Positions 29,372 through 38,798 of a DNA stretch of 64,000 nucleotides are shown here, one piece after another. Location of the stretch: NCBI GenBank assembly GCA_963666365.2, contig CAXXNF010000002.1, positions 1,184,001 to 1,248,000 on the forward strand, given 5' to 3'. Source of the stretch: Syntrophales bacterium. GTDB taxonomy: Bacteria; Desulfobacterota; Syntrophia; Syntrophales; UBA2210. Numbering within the stretch: the stretch's first letter is position 1; the number at the start of each line of letters is the position of its first letter. The position numbers were made by a program, and so were the translations under genes. Under the pieces are notes generated by a model that was not told where the DNA came from, did no database searches, and saw nothing but the letters and a program-made list of their open reading frames with translations.

Positions 29372-30304
29372 ATGATCGAAAATAGAACCTACTCCATAAT
29401 TGTTTTATTACTTGTAGCTATAGCACTATTGGCATATTTATATTATCACCCTCAAGCACTAACATTATTAACTAATGCGAGCATCATAAATATAATATCC
29501 CTGATTATTATTCGAATATTCTTTCAGATAATAAGTGGTCTTATACTTCGTGACTTTGTTTCCATATTCGGAACAGTGCTTAAGTTCAAAGAATGGTTTG
29601 GTCTTTCTATTATTACTACAATGGGGAATTACATATCACCCTTTTCAGGTGGAATGATTGCCCGTGCAGCTTACTTGAAATATCGCTATGCTTTTTCTTA
29701 TGCACAATTCACCTCTCTTCTTGCTGCCAGTTATTTAATATTCTTTTGGGCTGTAGGGTTTGTAGGCCTTATTTCTAGTTTAACTTCTGAAATAACCTCA
29801 ATTCTTATGTGGCGAGTGGGTTTATTTTTTTTTATTATTTTACTATTATCGTCACTATTAATTTTACTACCACCAATAAAAATATCTTACAGAAATCCTT
29901 TGATACAATTTATAAATAAGGCAATTGATGGTTGGACCCTTATTCGGAATGACAAAACTTTACTTTTCAAATTAACATTGTATTCACTTACAAGTATTTT
30001 TCTAAATGGACTTTCTTTCTGGCTAGCTTTTATTTCACTAACAAATATTCAATTTTCTTTTAAAACAATATTTCTAATAAGCTTACTTTCAATATTTTCA
30101 TTTCTTTTTAATCTTACACCCAGCAATTTGGGGATTCAAGAAGCAATAGTTAGCTTGGCTTCTGTCATATTTGGTATAGGAACCAGTATTGGCTTAATGG
30201 CCTCATTACTTATTAGAGCAACTTCTTTGATTCCAATCTTCACTCTTGGCCCAATTTTTAGCTTAATACTCACACGAGAACTTAAAGCATATAAACATAA
30301 CTGA
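29372..30304 (+). CDS. Flippase-like membrane protein (lysylphosphatidylglycerol-synthase TM family)
   Basis: NYISPFSGGMIARAAYLK and TPSNLGIQEA motifs; many TMs. Confidence 0.8.
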   Translation: MIENRTYSIIVLLLVAIALLAYLYYHPQALTLLTNASIINIISLIIIRIFFQIISGLILRDFVSIFGTVLKFKEWFGLSIITTMGNYISPFSGGMIARAAYLKYRYAFSYAQFTSLLAASYLIFFWAVGFVGLISSLTSEITSILMWRVGLFFFIILLLSSLLILLPPIKISYRNPLIQFINKAIDGWTLIRNDKTLLFKLTLYSLTSIFLNGLSFWLAFISLTNIQFSFKTIFLISLLSIFSFLFNLTPSNLGIQEAIVSLASVIFGIGTSIGLMASLLIRATSLIPIFTLGPIFSLILTRELKAYKHN

Positions 30305-30977
30305 AATAAAGTTATTTATAGCCCAAAATGTCATTTTTCGATTTGAAAATTATTTCCCAGACATGCAAGTTTCCTTTATCGATAAAAAAGGAGACACCAC
30401 ATGAATTCCGGGAAAACCGTCTTTGCCCAGTTGATGGACTTTGTCACCACATACGAGTTTCGAAAATGCGTCGATCGATACAACGGCAATCGCAACGTTA
30501 TAAGCTTTTCCTGCTGGGATCAGTTCCTCTGCATGGCCTTCGCTCAGCTCACTTACCGAGAAAGTTTGAGAGATATTCAGGTCTGCCTGCGTGCCACTCA
30601 GCCCAAGCTGTATCACTTGGGGATTCGCGGGTAGGTTTCCCGCAATACGCTCGCCCATGCAAATCAGAACCGGGATTGGAGGATTTACGCCGATTTTGCC
30701 CAGACTCTCATAGTAAAAGCCCGAAAGCTTTACGCCGGAGATTCCTTCGGCATCGAACTGGATCAGGCAGTATATATATGCCTTGGATTCGGCCACTATC
30801 GATCTTTGTCTGGCACTCTTTCCCTGGGCAGAATTCCGGAAGCGCAAGGGCGCGGTAAAACTTCATACGCTTCTGGATCTGCGCGGCAACATTTCTTCCG
30901 TGGAAATCATCACCAAAGGCAAAATTCACGACGTGAACATCCTGGACGACTTGATCTTGGAGGCTGGGGCCATCTAC

Positions 30978-32389
30978 GAGACCTTTGAATAACGACCAGT
31001 TTCTTCAAATTCGGTTTTTGGGACCATTTTTTGAACGGAAAAGCATTTTTGCCTAGAACGACCGTTCTAGCCGCACGCGATATTTTGTTATGATGAGTCC
31101 ATGTTACCTCCAGTATCAATCAATTTCGGGGCAGCTAACGCTCCCCCGGGGACATATGCGCATAGCACCCCCTTTCTTATGCCGGAACCACCTTTATTCC
31201 TCTCAGGAGATTGAAGGCCATCTGCCTGAAGAGGGCATCAATGCCATTCTTGATCAACCTGGGGAACCTGGCCCGGAAGGCATTGTGGTGAAGATGGGAA
31301 AGCCCAAAGTACTGTTCGACAATATAGCGTTTTTTCGATATCTGCTTGTTCCGTTCTATTTCATAGTCCGTCAGCTTTGCCGTGGTTGTGTCCTTTCTCA
31401 TAATGCCGTCTGCAATATTGTTCATACTGAGAAAGGCCCTGTTCGGCTCGCCGAAGTACCCTTTATCGGCATACACCTTTTTGATAGGCTCGTCGGTATG
31501 ACAACTGCCGGCGACGCAGAGGGGAAGATAGGGGCTGTCGTTATGGGATGCCGGCGTTATTTCGGTGGCAAGGACAAATCCGTGGTGTATGTCGACAGAG
31601 GCATGCTCTTTGAGACCAAAGTGGGGGACATCGTTTTTCACCGTCCAGTCGGAGTCAAGATCGCGAGAATATTTAAGCGGTTTTCCCATTTTGTCCACTT
31701 TACCCTCGGGAGTGTTTCGTTTATGTTTTTCTTCTTTGAGCTTTTCCGTGCTGAGGGGATGACTGGCGGATTTCACCAGGCGGGCGTCAATGGCGATGCC
31801 TTCATTTATGGTTAACCCCTTGGCATCAAATTGAGAGAGGAGTTCATGATTGATTGCACGCATGGTTTCTTTGGACAATCTTCCTCTGAACCGGGAGAAG
31901 GTGGAGTGATCGGGCGCGGGATCATCGAAAGAGAGCCCCAGGAACTTTTTGAAAGAGATGCGATCGTTGATCTGGGTTTCCAGTTCGGGATCGGAATCGA
32001 TCTTGAACCACTGCTGGAGCAGGAGGCATTTCATAAGTATTATGGGATGATAGGCGTCATTTCCGGCAGCGCTTTTTCCAACGGGATAGTAGTGCATGAT
32101 CAACGAGCCAATGCGGGACCAATCCACGATGTTGTTGATCTGTTCCATTCTGGCGATAGCCCGGTTCTTTTCGATGAAAGACAAAAGCGAGAGATCAGTA
32201 AAGGTAAGATTGGAATCCATTTTCTTGAAGCCCATAGTTCCTCCTGCGCGGCATTGTAATGCGGGAACTATGGCATAAAAATGGTTAATAGTAAAGTAAT
32301 ATTAATTGGATAGCTTTGAATAATATGGTTTTTCAGGGAGATTTTCTTGCTTCAAACTGGAAACAATGAGGGGTTTGTGCAAAGCTCTC
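30978..32389 (-). mobile_element. IS5-family element copy 1, 5-bp TSD TCTAC
   Basis: Ends GAGACCTTTGAATAA / TTTGTGCAAAGCTCTC; TCTAC on both flanks. Confidence 0.92.
31177..32235 (-). CDS. IS5-family transposase
   Basis: LLLQQWF..SD, PDHSTFSRFR, IDARLV, YADKGY, RYIVEQYFG. Confidence 0.95.
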   Translation of the reverse strand: MGFKKMDSNLTFTDLSLLSFIEKNRAIARMEQINNIVDWSRIGSLIMHYYPVGKSAAGNDAYHPIILMKCLLLQQWFKIDSDPELETQINDRISFKKFLGLSFDDPAPDHSTFSRFRGRLSKETMRAINHELLSQFDAKGLTINEGIAIDARLVKSASHPLSTEKLKEEKHKRNTPEGKVDKMGKPLKYSRDLDSDWTVKNDVPHFGLKEHASVDIHHGFVLATEITPASHNDSPYLPLCVAGSCHTDEPIKKVYADKGYFGEPNRAFLSMNNIADGIMRKDTTTAKLTDYEIERNKQISKKRYIVEQYFGLSHLHHNAFRARFPRLIKNGIDALFRQMAFNLLRGIKVVPA

Positions 32390-32597
32390 TCTACGTCATG
32401 GATCGAGGCTATCTGGATTTTTTTCGTCTCTACAAAATCCACCGCGCATCGGTATTTTTTGTCACACGGGCAAAGAGTAATTCCGGGGACAGGTAATTCC
32501 GGGGACAGGTAATTCCGGGGACAGAGTAATTCCGGGCACAGTATACTTAATTCAAAAAAAGGATATCATCTCATATACGCACCGAATTAAGTATACT

Positions 32598-34011
32598 GAG
32601 ACCTTTGAATAATGATCAATTTCTTCAAATTCGGTCTTTCGGACCATTTTTTTGAAGGAAAAAGTTTTGGGTTAGAACAACCGTTCTAGCCGTACCTGAT
32701 ATTTTGTTATGATGAGTTCATCTTGCCTCCAACAACTGTCAATTTTGGGTCAGCTAACGCTCCCCCGTGGACATATGAGTATAATAGCACCCCCTTTCTT
32801 ATGCCGGTACCACCCTTGTCCCCCTCAGGAGATTGAAGGCCATTTGCCTGAAGAGGACATCAATGGCATTCTTGATCAGCCTGGGGAACCTGGCCCGGAA
32901 GGCATTGTGGTGAAGATGGGAAAGACCAAAATATTGTTCTACTATATAGCGTTTTTTCGATATTTGTTTATTTCGTTCTATTTCATAGTCCGTCAGCTTT
33001 GCCGTGGTCGTGTCCTTTCTCATGATGCCGTCTGCAATCTTGTTCATACTGAGAAAGGCCCTGTTCGGCTCGCCGAAGTACCCTTTATCGGCATACACCT
33101 TTTTGATAGGCTCTTCGGTATGACAACTGCCGGCGACGCAGAGCGGAAGATAGGGGCTGTCGTTATGGGATGCCGGCGTTATTTCGGTGGCAAGGACAAA
33201 TCCGTGGTGTATGTCGACAGAGGCATGCTCTTTGAGACCAAAGTGGGGGACATCGTTTTTCACCGTCCAGTCGGAGTCAAGATCGCGAGAATATTTAAGC
33301 GGTTTTCCCATTTTGTCCACTTTACCCTCGGGAGTGTTTCGTTTATGTTTTTCTTCTTTGAGCTTTTCCGTGCTGAGGGGATGACTGGCGGATTTCACCA
33401 GGCGGGCGTCAATGGCGATGCCTTCATTTATGGTTAACCCCTTGGCATCAAATTGAGAGAGGAGTTCATGATTGATTGCACGCATGGTTTCTTTGGACAA
33501 TCTTCCTCTGAACCGGGAGAAGGTGGAGTGATCGGGCGCGGGATCATCGAAAGAGAGCCCCAGGAACTTTTTGAAGGAGATACGATCATTGATCTGAGTT
33601 TCCAGTTCGGGATCGGAATCGATCTTGAACCACTGCTGGAGCAGGAGACATTTCATAAGAATTATTGGATGATAGGCGTTATTTCCGGCAGCGCTTTTTC
33701 CAACGGGATAGTAGTGCATGATCAACGAGTCAATGCGGGACCAATCCACGATGTTGTTGATCTGTTCCATTCTGGCGATAGCCCGGTTCTTTTCGATGGA
33801 AGACAAAAGCGAGAGATCAGTAAAGGTAAGATTGGAATCCATTTTCTTGAAGCCCATAGTTCCTCCTGCGCGGCATTGTGATGCGGGAACTATGGCATAA
33901 AAATGGTTAATAGTAAAGTAATATTAATTGGATAGCTTTGAATAATATGGTTTTTCAGGGAGATTATCTTACTTCAAACTGGAAACAATGAAGGGTTTGT
34001 GCAAAGCTCTC
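32598..34011 (-). mobile_element. IS5-family element copy 2, 5-bp TSD ATACT
   Basis: Same ends as copy 1; ATACT on both flanks. Confidence 0.92.
32799..33857 (-). CDS. IS5-family transposase
   Basis: 352 aa, nearly identical to 31177-32235. Confidence 0.95.
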   Translation of the reverse strand: MGFKKMDSNLTFTDLSLLSSIEKNRAIARMEQINNIVDWSRIDSLIMHYYPVGKSAAGNNAYHPIILMKCLLLQQWFKIDSDPELETQINDRISFKKFLGLSFDDPAPDHSTFSRFRGRLSKETMRAINHELLSQFDAKGLTINEGIAIDARLVKSASHPLSTEKLKEEKHKRNTPEGKVDKMGKPLKYSRDLDSDWTVKNDVPHFGLKEHASVDIHHGFVLATEITPASHNDSPYLPLCVAGSCHTEEPIKKVYADKGYFGEPNRAFLSMNKIADGIMRKDTTTAKLTDYEIERNKQISKKRYIVEQYFGLSHLHHNAFRARFPRLIKNAIDVLFRQMAFNLLRGTRVVPA

Positions 34012-34029
34012 ATACTGTCCCCGGAATTG

Positions 34030-34870
34030 ATCCCGCTCGCTCCTTCCCCGTGCCTCCGGAGAATAGGCGGGGATCATCTCGATCCCCATCTGCTTCATGG
34101 CACGCCCAAACTGCGTAAGCTGTCCTTTACTGACCGCTCCCCCGGCTTTAGGGGTGTACCAGTAGTGACTGCCACGATCTGTGTAAATTGAGCTAAACAA
34201 GCCCTTTTGAAGAATCACATCTCGTACGCCCTGAAAGCTGCTGGTGGTGCCTTCCTCCTGGACAAAGAACATGCTGTAGTGCTCATTGGTCGCATCATCC
34301 ATTGTCACGATCAGATCCCACTTCTTCCCCGGCACCCACTCATGGGCGCTACCGTCCTGATGAACAATCATCCCTGTCAACGGCGAGGGATCACGACGTT
34401 TCCGATGGGAGCCTTTCCTGGCCGTCTTCAAAACTAATCCCCTCGACTGAAGCGTGTTCTTCACCCAGGTGTAACTTCGCTGTCCTCCATCACGCCGATA
34501 CCATGAATAAAAATGTTTCACATTCCAGCCTCGGTAATGACCTTCATACTGCCGGGAAAGCGCCATGACTTCATCCACGGGAGCTCGACGTGATGACGCC
34601 TGCGTCATCCGCTTGTCTAATAAGCCATCTAAACCCCTCTCCTCGTAACGATCAACGTAGCGCCGGAATGTCCGGTCGCATACTCCCAATATCCGCGCCG
34701 CTTCCTCTTGGGTTAATCGACCTTCTGTCCATACACCATACGCCTCTTCAAATCGCATCTTCCGGATCTCCTGTAGTATCTCCGTCCGTCTCATTCGCCA
34801 CCTCCCGGTGACGCATTCTAACCGGACAGATTATGTGCTACAACTCCGGACATATTACTTGCTCCTAACA
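34030..34870 (-). mobile_element. Truncated IS481/ISNCY-like element; transposase starts at 34794 and is cut near 34030
   Basis: HQDGSAHEW, MDDAT, YTDRGSHY, YSPEARGRSER; TGT terminus at 34870 with repeated CCGGACA sites. Confidence 0.8.
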
Positions 34871-34950
34871 CCTGCTCCTTGTAACTTGACACGCTACCGT
34901 GTGACTGTTATCATATCGGCCAATTGTGTAATCACTTTCAGGAGACATCC

Positions 34951-35199
34951 ATGGTAAGGACACAGATACAATTGCATGAAAAACAGGTGGCTATGCTGAA
35001 AAAAATGGCAGCAGCAGACAATACATCGATGGCTGAAATTATCAGACAGTCGATTGATTTTTATGCCAGGACTAAATCTGAGGTAATCGATGAGCAGCGT
35101 CGCAGCCGGGCAATGGCCGCCGCCGGTCAATTTGGATCCGGTGTGAAAAATTTGTCAACCTCGCACGATATGTACCTCACAGAGGCGTACGACGAATGA
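34951..35199 (+). CDS. vapB: RHH/CopG-type antitoxin
   Basis: MVRTQIQL..SMAEIIR..HDMYL; overlaps the PIN gene. Confidence 0.8.
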   Translation: MVRTQIQLHEKQVAMLKKMAAADNTSMAEIIRQSIDFYARTKSEVIDEQRRSRAMAAAGQFGSGVKNLSTSHDMYLTEAYDE

Positions 35200-35594
35200 G
35201 CGTTTTTATAGATACGTCGGGATTGCTCGCAGTTCTGGACAGAGATGATGAAAATCATGCGGCGGCGGCAGAAGCATGGCAGCATATTTTAACATCTGGT
35301 GAAACCCTTGTGATCACCAATTATATTCTCATAGAAACCTGCGCTCTTGTGCAGAACCGTTTGGGCATGGCAGCGGTAAACGTCCTTCAGGAAGATATTG
35401 TTCCCGTACTCAGGATTGAATGGATTGACAGTACGGTACATCATGCGTCAATGGGAATAATACTTTCTGCGATGAGGAAGAAATTGAGCCTTGTTGATTG
35501 CGTCAGTTTTGAAACGATGAGACTTGGGGAAATTACCACTGCCTTCACATTCGATCGACATTTCAAAGAACAGGGGTTTGTTTGCCTGCCCTGA
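35196..35594 (+). CDS. vapC: VapC PIN-domain toxin
   Basis: VFIDTSG, LSLVDCVSF, FTFDRHF. Confidence 0.9.
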   Translation: MSVFIDTSGLLAVLDRDDENHAAAAEAWQHILTSGETLVITNYILIETCALVQNRLGMAAVNVLQEDIVPVLRIEWIDSTVHHASMGIILSAMRKKLSLVDCVSFETMRLGEITTAFTFDRHFKEQGFVCLP

Positions 35595-35699
35595 TCATCT
35601 GCAAAACACCTTTTCTTTGTACAGCGTGTGACGTTTCTGCTATAGCATTGGGAATCTCAGAATCCGGGTCACATCGGTAAGTAATTCCGGACTGTTTTC

Positions 35700-37823
35700 A
35701 TGAAGGGGAGGTTTATTTTGTCATTTCTTGAAAACCATTTTGACAGCAAATTTGCATGGCGTATTCCTGACGAAAGAAAATATCTCTTTGTTATCCTCAG
35801 CCTTCTCATTTTCCTCTTGATAATCTACTGGTACAGCTTTCAAGGAACGTGGATATTGGATGACATGCCCAATATCGTCGAGAATCCTCATGTGCAAATC
35901 AAAACACTCGATTGGGATTCGATACAGGGAACCTTCAGGGGAATCGATGGCAGAAATATAAACCGGCCTTTCGCCTATCTGACGTTTGCATTGAACCATC
36001 TATTTCACAGGCTTGATGTCTTTGGGTATCATATCGTCAACTTTTTCATCCATTTTGCTACGTCCTTCTTTCTTTTTTGTTTCATTTACAGGATGCTGCG
36101 GCTCCCCCTGTTGGAACAGCACTTCGACGAGGGGAAGGCATACGCGGTAGCGTTGCTTTCTATGTTTTTCTGGGCCGTCAACCCAATGCAGGTAACGGCT
36201 GTGACCTATATCGTGCAGCGCATGTCGAGCATGGCGGGACTCTTCTATATCCTGTCGATGTATTTCTACCTGCGGGGACGTACGTCAAGTGAACTTAGAA
36301 ACAAGGTGGCATTATTCGTTCTCTGCGTTCTCTCTGGCATTCTCGCCCTTGCCAGCAAAGAAAATGCCGTGCTCATTCCCTTTTCTATTCTCTTGTTTGA
36401 CCTATTGCTGATTCAGGGCGTAACACGCGAAAGCATTACGCGGACAGCGAAATGGCTTGTCATTCCGGTAGTGCTTTTTATATGTACCATCCTGCTTTTC
36501 GCCATAGATCTTTCGTCGTTACTCAAAGGTTTTGAGGGCAGGCCCTTTACTCTTACTGAACGGCTGATGACAGAACCACGGGTGATACTTTTTTACATCA
36601 CGCTTCTTCTTTACCCATTAAGTTCTCGTCTTATGCTTCTGCATGATGTGGAACTATCGACGTCCCTTCTTGCACCATGGACGACAATTCCATCGATACT
36701 AATAATTGCGGGGGTTATTTTCTATGCAATTTACATCGCTCGAAAGAATCCGCTAATCTCCTTCTGTATTCTTTTCTTTTTTCTCAATCATGCTGTTGAA
36801 GGATCTTTCCTTCCTCTTGAACTTGTCTTTGAACATCGCAATTATATTCCGTCATTCTTCTTTTTCATTCCGATTGCACTCCTCTACTTTGCATGCCTTA
36901 ATTTATTCAAAGCACATAAAAGGATGTATCTATTGATATTCATAACCTTCACATTCATAGTTGCGGCAATAGCACATACGACATATATAAGAAACGAGAT
37001 TTTTATGAGTCCTGTAACTTTCTGGGAAGATAATGTGCGAAAAACTCCGAAGCTTGCAAGAGCCTTGACCCATCTTGGAAAAAGTTATGCTATGGCAGGT
37101 TTGTCAGATAAGGCGGAAGCGGCATTTATGGAAGCCTATTCGAGAGAGGGGCATTTAAACTTTTTCAATCATTTTGACACTCGGCACAATCTCGCCGTCC
37201 TTAATTTATACAGACACAAAAATTACACCAAAGCAGCCGAATTGTATCGCAAGGCTCTTGCGATTTATGACAGCCATCCACCGGCATGGAAGGGTTTAGC
37301 TCTCGCCCTGCTGGGAATGGGGTCGTTGAAAGAATCAGAAGATGTTTTAAGGAGCGCCCTTGAACGATGGCCACAAAATGCTGAATTGCACAGCACGCTC
37401 GGTCTAGTGTTTCTCAAAACGGGAAAATATGAAAACGCCATAGCGGAAAGCCTGGAGGCTCTTCGAATCGACCTGAATGAAGTGAATGCGTATAAAGTTC
37501 TAGGGGCCGCGTACATGCACACAAAAGATTACGGAAAGGCACAGTCTAGCATGGAAAAATACGTATCCTCCTACTTCAAATCTACCGATCTGGAGGCTAA
37601 TCTGGCGCTTGTAGAAATTTACCACGCACTTGGCCGAAACGCTGATTTGGATTATACTGTTGGAAAGTTGATGTTTTTAAAGAAAACAAAAGACTGGCAT
37701 GATTTGCTTGAAACATATGTAAATAATTCACACACAAAAGCTTATGTGCCGGATCCGTCTCATATGAAAAAGATTTTTAATTCTTCCTTACAAAGACAGG
37801 AGAAACATCTAATTTTCCATTAA
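35700..37823 (+). CDS. TMTC-like GT-C glycosyltransferase with C-terminal TPRs
   Basis: WILDD, RPFAYLTFALN, NPMQVTAVTYIVQR, SKENA, EHRNYIP, then TPR helices. Confidence 0.8.
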   Translation: MKGRFILSFLENHFDSKFAWRIPDERKYLFVILSLLIFLLIIYWYSFQGTWILDDMPNIVENPHVQIKTLDWDSIQGTFRGIDGRNINRPFAYLTFALNHLFHRLDVFGYHIVNFFIHFATSFFLFCFIYRMLRLPLLEQHFDEGKAYAVALLSMFFWAVNPMQVTAVTYIVQRMSSMAGLFYILSMYFYLRGRTSSELRNKVALFVLCVLSGILALASKENAVLIPFSILLFDLLLIQGVTRESITRTAKWLVIPVVLFICTILLFAIDLSSLLKGFEGRPFTLTERLMTEPRVILFYITLLLYPLSSRLMLLHDVELSTSLLAPWTTIPSILIIAGVIFYAIYIARKNPLISFCILFFFLNHAVEGSFLPLELVFEHRNYIPSFFFFIPIALLYFACLNLFKAHKRMYLLIFITFTFIVAAIAHTTYIRNEIFMSPVTFWEDNVRKTPKLARALTHLGKSYAMAGLSDKAEAAFMEAYSREGHLNFFNHFDTRHNLAVLNLYRHKNYTKAAELYRKALAIYDSHPPAWKGLALALLGMGSLKESEDVLRSALERWPQNAELHSTLGLVFLKTGKYENAIAESLEALRIDLNEVNAYKVLGAAYMHTKDYGKAQSSMEKYVSSYFKSTDLEANLALVEIYHALGRNADLDYTVGKLMFLKKTKDWHDLLETYVNNSHTKAYVPDPSHMKKIFNSSLQRQEKHLIFH

Positions 37824-37860
37824 ATTGCCTTTGCAAAGATCATGTAAACACGCATAGCCT

Positions 37861-37904
37861 TAAACGAAGAGGGAGCTTTTCTGCAAAAGCTCCCTCTTCG
37901 TTTA
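37861..37904. terminator. Bidirectional terminator between convergent genes
   Basis: Perfect 20-bp stem TAAACGAAGAGGGAGCTTTT with 4-nt loop. Confidence 0.85.
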
Positions 37905-37918
37905 GCTGTAATCAATTT

Positions 37919-38314
37919 TTATGATGGGGGTGTCCAAGTTCCTGTGGCGGTATATTCTCCATCACCTCCGCGACTTTTTACTTCGATTGCAACATTTGTA
38001 GATGATGCTGTACATTCTGATACCCAGTTGTCAGGAGCTGATCCAAGTGTAAATTCAGTCCCTGACGTCCAACCTGCAGCTGTCACTACCTCAGCGGGTG
38101 TTGCATCATCATTTCCGCTCAGCAATTCCTTTGCCCATGCCGTCTGCAATGTCCCTTTTATCTCAGCAATCTGGCCCATTGCAGCCTTTGCCTTCGCATC
38201 GGCCTGGAGGTCCAGATACTTCGGCACCGCCACTGCCGCCAAAATACCCAGGATGACAAGGACCGCGATGATTTCGATCAGTGTAAAACCTTTTTCTTGA
38301 TTACGTTTTTTCAT
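37919..38314 (-). CDS. Major type IV pilin (MshA-like)
   Basis: KGFTLIEIIAVLVILGILAAVAVPKYLDL; strong RBS, own sigma54 promoter and terminator. Confidence 0.9.
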   Translation of the reverse strand: MKKRNQEKGFTLIEIIAVLVILGILAAVAVPKYLDLQADAKAKAAMGQIAEIKGTLQTAWAKELLSGNDDATPAEVVTAAGWTSGTEFTLGSAPDNWVSECTASSTNVAIEVKSRGGDGEYTATGTWTPPS

Positions 38315-38448
38315 TTTTCTACTCCTCCGTTTTATTTTTATAGCGTACTTTGTTTTTTAGGGTGGGAACAGCTCTTGTTCCGCAATTTGTTGTGTGCCGG
38401 TTCCTTCACCTCCTTGGGGATTTTTTATTTATTCCTGATCATTTTTAT

Positions 38449-38464
38449 TGCATATTTGGTGCCA
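38449..38464 (-). promoter_or_regulatory. Sigma54 -24/-12 promoter of the pilin gene
   Basis: TGGCACCAAATATGCA (GG-N10-GC). Confidence 0.8.
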
Positions 38465-38583
38465 CTATGAATGTTTTATTCTTTATTGGCGTCTGATAAT
38501 CGATATATCGTCGTATCTTTTCGATATTTTGTTGTAATTGCTTTGTTTTTCAATGCATTATCTCCCCCTCTATTTCATCCCCT

Positions 38584-38731
38584 GAGACCTTTGCACAATC
38601 TCACAAAATCATCAATTTCGTCATACCGGCAGGTCCTGGATCAAGTCCGGGAGGTATCCAGTTTTTTCACGTACTTTCTGGATTCCGGGTCAAGCCCGGA
38701 ATGACAGAAAAGGGAATTATGCAAAGGTCTC
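38584..38731 (+). mobile_element. IS5-end MITE, TSD CCCCT
   Basis: GAGACCTTTGCA..TGCAAAGGTCTC; CCCCT on both flanks. Confidence 0.9.
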
Positions 38732-38798
38732 CCCCTACCACCGGGAGAGGAAATTTTTCATCAGGCGCAAGGGGCGCCTGCAGTGCGTTGGCGTTTTT

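Larger units (their letters stand above)
30401..32480 (+). pseudogene. IS4-family transposase remnant: nonsense codon, frameshift, IS5 insertion and 3' truncation
   Basis: MNSGKTVFAQL..AFAQLTYRESLRDI, WAEFRKRKGAVKLHTLLDL; IYVMDRGYLDF resumes at 32390. Confidence 0.85.
32477..34028. repeat. AATTCCGGGGACAG-family element with tandem-amplified left arm; right arm split by IS5 copy 2
   Basis: GTAATTCCGGGGACAG x3, full arm to 32552; AATTAAGTATACT (32585-32597) resumes as GTCCCCGGAATT (34017-34028). Confidence 0.85.

Noticed and set aside
30632..30634. Second in-frame TAG as evidence of amber recoding
   Set aside because: The gene is also frameshifted and interrupted, and TAG ends many normal genes in the window
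32477..32552. CRISPR-like repeats
   Set aside because: 16-bp units are directly adjacent without spacers; no cas genes
31090..33437. Duplicated 241/242-aa plus-strand ORFs
   Set aside because: Antisense to the two IS5 transposases
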